Assembly (NCBI GenBank): GCA_040285855.1
Contig: JAUFOQ010000001.1
Span: 186,001-250,000, forward strand
Length of the DNA: 64,000 nucleotides
Reading direction: 5' to 3'
Source: Eukaryota sp. GEM-RC1
Taxonomy: Eukaryota
Shown: one piece after another, positions 57,429 through 64,000 of the stretch
Layout of the letters: the number at the start of each line of letters is the position of its first letter
Numbering within the stretch: position 1 is the stretch's first letter
The notes under the pieces: generated by a model
Seen by the model: only the letters and a program-made list of their open reading frames with translations
What the model was told of the DNA's origin: nothing
Database searches by the model: none
Program-made: the position numbers and the translations under genes

Positions 57429-60400
57429 TTGGTCTTCTCTCTCTTCTTTTCGAGGGTAAAAATCAAATCTAGGGGGTTGAAGTTGATTAACGTTTCTTTC
57501 TGGGTGAAGTTCGAGTGGTAGTCTTGGAAGACTGTTTCTTCAGGAAGATAGAGTAAGCGGCGGTGTTGCGAATCTCAGAGAGAGGTTCCCAGTAGGTTCG
57601 GATGCACCGACCCACCTGACGAGGCAACGCTGGCGAGTAGTGTCGATGTTCAGGACTTCTTCGACGAGATGTTCAGCACGGTCTTGAGCAGCAACGGCTG
57701 AAAGGTAGTCAGGGTTAGTTGACTGAGGGAGGAAGGGTTGTAAAAAGAGATATTGGCTAGAGTTTCTGAGCCAGTCAATAGGTTTAGAATTTTCACATGA
57801 TTTCGACCTGAGAAGACCTTGGTAACGAGGAAGGGACCTTTCCAGAGGCTTTGAAGCTTGGCGGACTTATCGAAAGCTCGGAGCACCGACGATGGAATCG
57901 ACCATCGATACACAAGACTTCAACCAAAACTCAGCAGTGAGACTTTCGTGGCACTTGACTTGGCCACTGGGGCGATCGCGAGGTAGGGATCCTTTGTCTG
58001 GCCCCAACACCAAGTCACCCATGTATCCCAGCGGCAGCCATGACTGAGATACCTTTAGTAAGGATGTCGTCTTGCGTACTTCAGAACTCAACCTAGGCAC
58101 CAACCTAGAAAGCAAATCAGCGAAAAGGTTGGACTCGCCGTCGACGTGGAAGACGTCAAAATCAAGGGCACATAAGAGAGGAAGCCACCTCTTCACGATC
58201 CGTGACTTTTCAGGGGCAGTCAGCAGATAAGCAAGGTTCTTGTGGTCACAGTATAACTTAATCTTGCGATTGAGGAGAAGATAACTAAGATTAGGCTGCG
58301 TCAAGGTTGCGACAATAGCGTAGAGCTCTTGTTGAATAATAGGCCAATTCTTTTGTTTTAGAATAGAAGGAAATAGGAGCTAACTTAAGGTTAGCGAAGT
58401 TAGACGGGGAAGGAGCTTCTGAGTTAGGTAAACGACGCCAAACGACGCCAGAGACGGCGTATTCGCTTGCGTCAGTGCTCACGATTAAGTCTTCGTCAGG
58501 CTGTGGGAGAGAGAGATAGATTTACCAATTAGTTCTTTGATCTTCTTGAAGCAAGTTGTATGATCGTGAGTCCAGCGGGTCTTCACTTGGTAATTTTTTT
58601 TGGATTCTGGGTCTTCGCCCTTCTTTTCAAAAGTTCGGTGAGTGGCTTGATCAGAGAGGATACATTCGGCAACCAGTCTCGAATATAATTAATGCTTCCA
58701 ATAAAGCTTCGGAGTTCGTGAACATTTTCAGGGATGGGTATTTCTAAGATGGCTTTAATTCGGTCTTTATCAATTCGGCGGGTTCCGTTTTGAAAGATGC
58801 TTCCAAGGATCTTAACTTCGGAACTTTTTGTAAGGAAGGAGCATTTTCTTTTCCTAGTCGTACTCGGCGGTGAATACATCTAGCTAAAATTTGTTTAAGT
58901 GTTGAAAGAAATCGTTCTTCGTCATCAGCAGCGATGATGATATCATCTAGGTAGATAAACACACCAGGGATGTCTTTAAAAATTTCGGACATGGTGTTCT
59001 AGAACACGGCTGGTACGTTCTTCAAGCCAAAGGCGGTTCTAGTAAAGCGAATAGCTCGGCCTGGGATTTTCAGTGTTGTCTTATCGAAATCTTTTTCTTC
59101 AATCCTCAGTTGCCAAAAGGCTCGTGGTAGATCCAATGTGGCAATGAACTCAGCAGAGCTTAAAAATTCTAAGATGTCAAAAATCTTGGGGAGGTTGGCT
59201 TCAACAGGGATGGACATGGCATTGACTCCATCGCTGCCAGAGTAATCGCCAGTAAGTCTTGGTTTCCTATCGTCGTCATAAGTGACTAAGACGATTGGGC
59301 TTCCGTGAGGGCAGTTAGGATCGGCTTCTTCAACGAATCCAGCTGATGTTAGTTCGTCAAAAATTTCGTTAGCTATCGCCAGTCGATCAGGGTTGATTCG
59401 ACGGGGAGGTTTGTTTACGATTACGTTCTCGTCAACGTATTCTAAACTCATTGGAGGGGCATCTATTCCTTCAGAATGAGGGGGACCGAAGGCTTCTTCA
59501 TGTTCGTTTAGGAGTTCCAGCAGCTTTTCTTCGGATTGGCTTGGGAGCTCAATGCGGCATTCTTTAAATGAATCTTCCTTGGTACGATGATTTTCTTAAG
59601 CCTTCAGGGTTCTAGGGGAGATTGGATCAAATGATCAAAGTCGTCTTCAGCAGTTAATAGAGTATTTCGTTTGTCGTTGATTCTGATGTTAAGTCCATCA
59701 GCAGTTAGTAAGTCCGAGGCATTTCAGTACGTCACAGCCTATGAGGAGTTGGTTTTTGCCAGCTAAAACGGGAAGTTTGACTTCTAAGTGGACACGTTTA
59801 GGGGATTCGTTACCCATTAAGAGAGATAGTTCGGTATGGTATCTACCTTGGCTCTTCACAATTCGGCCATCGGCAACTTCGAATTCATTAACTTTGGAAT
59901 GATCGAGATGTCCGACGTTTTCGTCAATCAAATCAGCGGTGATGCAGGACTTGATACAGCCTGTATCAATCAATCCACGAACCTTGCGGGTGCCGACTAA
60001 AACGTCTAGTTCTAGAAGAGGGGACGAAGCAGTGGCTTTGAAAAGTCCTTTGGCGGAGGTTCTGACAAAGTTAGGAGTATCAGAGTCTGAATCAGAAATG
60101 AAGGAACTAATATGAGGCTTTGGAACATTAGCTGGTTGGGAAGCCTTAGCAGTTGACTTTTGACGTGTGTTATGAGTCCGTAAGTGAGTGGGGTTTCTGG
60201 GGTTCTTGCTTTTGTAGTTTGTGTTATTGGAAGTTCTGGTGGAAGGAGAGTGGCATTCACTAGCATAGTGACCCTTTTGTTGCAATTGGAAACAAGTAAT
60301 GGTACTTTTGTCAGGGGTACGAGGAGTACGTGGTTCAGAACGAGGAGTATTGAATCTAGGGGAAGGAGCGGGGGATGAATAGTTAGATCGAGAGTTGGAC

Positions 60401-61571
60401 AGAGAAGATCGAGGTCCTGGTGAATTACGAGGATTAGAGAATCGTTTGAAGGAACGTCTCTGGTTAGTGTTTCGGTTGGAGGAGGGTTCAGCGGCCTTAA
60501 GTCGGGAGGAATGTTCGAGATGAACAGTCAAGAGTTGATGAGTTTCTTGAATAAGTTGATAAAGAGTGGATCTGTTTAAAGTCTACGGCTTTCTTGAGAG
60601 TAGAGGAGATTGAATCGGGTTTGAGATTCTTGAGGAATTCTAGCATTAGTTGCTTCTGGGGGATGTCGAGTTCGGAGAGTCTTCTACAAGTCTTAGAGAA
60701 TGAGGCAATGTAGTCGAATAAGCGACTGAAAGGATCACGGATGGAATGATTCATGGACGGAGGCGGACAGCATGTTCTAAGGTCTTGACTTTAGTCAGGT
60801 CAAGGAGGAAGTTCCATAAAGTAAATTGGTTTGTTAGAGAGTGAGGGGAAATGAGATGGATGGAATTCATGACATCGCGGGATACAAAGACGGGAAAATC
60901 GTCTGGAGGAGTTAGAGTGTCTTCAAATGGTGAAGGGATAGTGGCGGCGGTTACTCCTGTCACGTTTTCTTCGGCTTCAGCAGTAATGGCGGAGCGAGCA
61001 CTTTCTAATTGTTCTTTTAGTTCTGGTGAGAGGTTCAGTTCTAACAGGGAGTCAAGGGAACCGATGGTAGGTTCAGAGGTAGCAGTGGAGGTTCTTGGTA
61101 CCGTGTAAATATAGCTTCCAAAAAGTGAGTTATCGGAGTCTTCTTTTGTAATGGCATAAGCGGCCATATCGTCTATCCAGGATAGAATGTGTTCAGCGTC
61201 CAAAGTCTTGAGAAGGGGTACTTTGGTTCTTATTCCCTTTCTTCCGAGGGAGGAGTTCAGCAAGGCGACGTTACGGTCGGAGTTCCTTGTTTCTTGGACA
61301 GTTTCTTCGAGGTCTGTGTCCGAGGCGTAGTTCAGCGAACGGAGGGACAGAGGAGCGGCGGCAACTTCTGGGCGGCGGCTCGAATAAAGGTTCGGATGAG
61401 AGGAGGCATGGCAGCAGTCCTCATCATCTACGGTGACATGAATATGGTCACAATAATTATTGTTGACTATACCGTCAAATGGGGTACTAGTATCAGAGAA
61501 AATATAAGACATAGGTTTATGAGACGGAGATAAGTAAAATCTATAAGGTAAAAATATAAAAATAAACAACA
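57318..61571 (-). mobile_element. Gypsy/chromovirus-like unit 7
   Basis: Complete protease '...LLIGCDVL'; private 10-bp deletion in gag at ~60759; RT TAG at 58999-59001. Confidence 0.93.
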
Positions 61572-62105
61572 TCTACACCCCATATCAGCCTTGCTCACTT
61601 CATTTTCTTCTAACCCACTGTATTAGCATTTGGGTGGTTCGTTTGGACATTTGAGAGGCCTGATAGCAAAAATAACGTGTCTGGTGATAGGTCAAGGTGG
61701 TTTTCTTGGAAGATATGAGATGTAGGCAAAATTGTTCTTAAGGAAAATTGCCACTGCAACTCCTAAAATACCTTGTGGAATTCAGATATGACTCAAAACA
61801 GCAGTTTTAGACATGATTTATTGATTGCATGAAAGCCAAGTTAGAGAACGACGATACTATACGGATGCTACAGAAGAGTGGCAGGATTACTAGTAGCTGA
61901 AAGGTTAAGCGCATCAAGTAAGAAGAGATGCTCAACTGACACATATGAACCATCATTATGAGTAAGATTCTAGGAGGTCAAGAGAGGACACATGGTTTCA
62001 CGAACTTATGTGCACTATGAGCGCTAAAAACTCCCTATTTGTAGACATAGGGACTTTATAAGGCCTCAGGCACAGTTATAAGAAAAAAGTGTAATTTTTT
62101 TGGGG

Positions 62106-62147
62106 GTGTGCATTTATAGAGTGTGCATTTATAGAGAGTTGACTGTA
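62106..62147 (-). mobile_element. Orphan pogo/Tc1-like terminal inverted repeat (duplicated at ~63848-63889)
   Basis: 2x GTGTGCATTTATAGA, ending GAGAGTTGACTG|TA; the terminal 12 bp are the exact reverse complement of CAGTCAACTCTC at 18195. Confidence 0.5.
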
Positions 62148-62628
62148 TATTATTTATATATTTAGACTCTGGGTAAATGTTAGTTGCTGGGTCACCAATA
62201 TGTTTGATGTCTCATTCGGCGATATGCAATAATACTGCAATGTAATTCAATATTGTGACCGTACTTGTAAAATACCCGAGTTTTCATTTGAACAATACAA
62301 AAATACATAGAATACAAAATTACAAAAAATACTAAAATACAAAGTAAAATACAAACATATCAGTCTGATAATCTTCTTCAACATGAACTCAACGATAACG
62401 TTCACCACTGGTGATGTTATTGAAGTTCGTGTAAATTTTATCGATCAGTTGCTTTAGTAGATTGTATTAAAATTCATTTTTCGATATGATTTGATCAAAT
62501 ATATTTGACATTACCAAGAACATCATTTTGTTTCATGGAATTATTGGGATACTTTTGAAAAATTTAAAAAATTTGAGGCCTACACTTCAACTTTTGCACT
62601 TCCCAGATTCCTGTTGTGTAGAAGGTGC

Positions 62629-64000
62629 AAGACGGGAAAATCGTCTGGAGGAGTTAGAGTGTCTTCAAATGGTGAAGGGATAGTGGCGGCGGTTACTCCT
62701 GTCACGTTTTCTTCGGCTTCAGCAGTAATGGCGGAGCGAGCACTTTCTAATTGTTCTTTTAGTTCTGGTGAGAGGTTCAGTTCTAACAGGGAGTCAAGGG
62801 AACCGATGGTAGGTTCAGAGGTAGCAGTGGAGGTTCTTGGTACCGTGTAAATATAGCTTCCGAAAAGTGAGTTATCGGAGTCTTCTTTTGTAATGGCATA
62901 AGCGGCCATATCGTCTATCCAGGATAGAATGTGTTCGGCGTCCAAAGTCTTGAGAAGGGGTACTTTGGTTCTTATTCCCTTTCTTCCGAGGGAGGAGTTC
63001 AGCAAGGCGACGTTACGGTCGGAGTTCCTTGTTTCTTGGACAGTTTCTTCGAGGTCTGTGTCCGAGGCGTAGTTCAGCGAACGGAGGGACAGAGGAGCGG
63101 CGGCAACTTCTGGGCGGCGGCTCGAATAAAGGTTCGGATGAGAGGAGGCATGGCAGCAGTCCTCATCATCTACGGTGACATGAATATGGTCACAATAATT
63201 ATTGTTGACTATACCGTCAAATGGGGTACTAGTATCAGAGAAAATATAAGACATAGGTTTATGAGACGGAGATAAGTAAAATCTATAAGGTAAAAATATA
63301 AAAATAAACAACATCTACACCCCATATCAGCCTTGCTCACTTCATTTTCTTCTAACCCACTGTGTTAGCATTTGGGTGGTTCGTTTGGACATTTGAGAGG
63401 CCTGATAGCAAAAATAACGTGTCTGGTGATAGGTCAAGGTGGTTTTCTTGGAAGATATGAGATGTAGGCAAAATTGTTCTTAAGGAAAATTGCCACTGCT
63501 ACTCCTAAAATACCTTGTGGAATTCAGATATGACTCAAAACAGCAGTTTTAGACATGATTTATTGATTGCATGAAAGCCAAGTTAGAGAACGACGATACT
63601 ATACGGATGCTACAGAAGAGTGGCAGGATTACTAGTAGCTGAAAGGTTAAGCGCATCAAGTAAGAAGAGATGCTCAACTGACACATATGAACCATCATTA
63701 TGAGTAAGATTCTAGGAGGTCAAGAGAGGACACATGGTTTCACGAACTTATGTGCACTATGAGCGCTAAAAACTCCCTATTTGTAGACATAGGGACTTTA
63801 TAAGGCCTCAGGCACAGTTATAAGAAAAAAGTGTAATTTTTTTGGGGGTGTGCATTTATAGAGTGTGCATTTATAGAGAGTTGACTGTATATTATTTATA
63901 TATTTAGACTCTGGGTAAATGTTAGTTGCTGGGTCACCAATATGTTTGATGTCTCATTCGGCGATATGCAATAATACTGCAATGTAATTCAATATTGTGA
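62629..64000. repeat. Tandem segmental duplication (period 1742 bp) of 60887-62258+: gag 5' part, LTR (63203-63313) and unique flank
   Basis: Sequence from 62629 matches 60887 onward, including the non-element flank TCTACACCCCATATCAGCC..., up to the window end. Confidence 0.93.

Larger units (their letters stand above)
32452..61571 (-). repeat. Head-to-tail tandem array of 7 Ty3/Gypsy-type LTR retroelement units (~4143-bp period) sharing 8 LTRs
   Basis: Near-identical ~4.14-kb units; a single 111-bp TGTTG...CAACA LTR lies between consecutive internal regions and at both outer ends. Confidence 0.97.

Noticed and set aside
32448..61575. Target-site duplication for the whole array
   Set aside because: Left CCTA vs right TCTA is only 3/4 and 5-bp windows do not match, so it cannot be called a TSD.

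Overview
AT-rich, apparently intron-poor eukaryotic DNA, probably a microbial eukaryote. Many single-base homopolymer frameshifts look like uncorrected long-read errors. The left half (1-32.4 kb) holds lineage-specific genes: RI-like LRR paralogues, a RING-kinase-coiled coil-SPRY gene, a tri-ubiquitin fusion gene, a membrane protein with 7 Cys-rich modules and a cyclin-like ORF. These are mixed with two autonomous-type hAT transposons, three non-autonomous hAT elements with exact 8-bp TSDs, and decayed non-LTR fragments. The right half (32452-61571) is a head-to-tail array of seven ~4.14-kb Ty3/Gypsy chromovirus-like retroelements on the minus strand, sharing eight 111-bp LTRs. Each unit has gag, protease, RT, RNase H, GPY/F and chromodomain but no integrase HHCC/DDE core. 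In its place is a ~190-nt segment that can fold into a multi-stem RNA on the sense strand. All units share a nonsense codon in RT, and shared variants point to higher-order, recombinational expansion. A 1742-bp tandem duplication of the array's right end follows.
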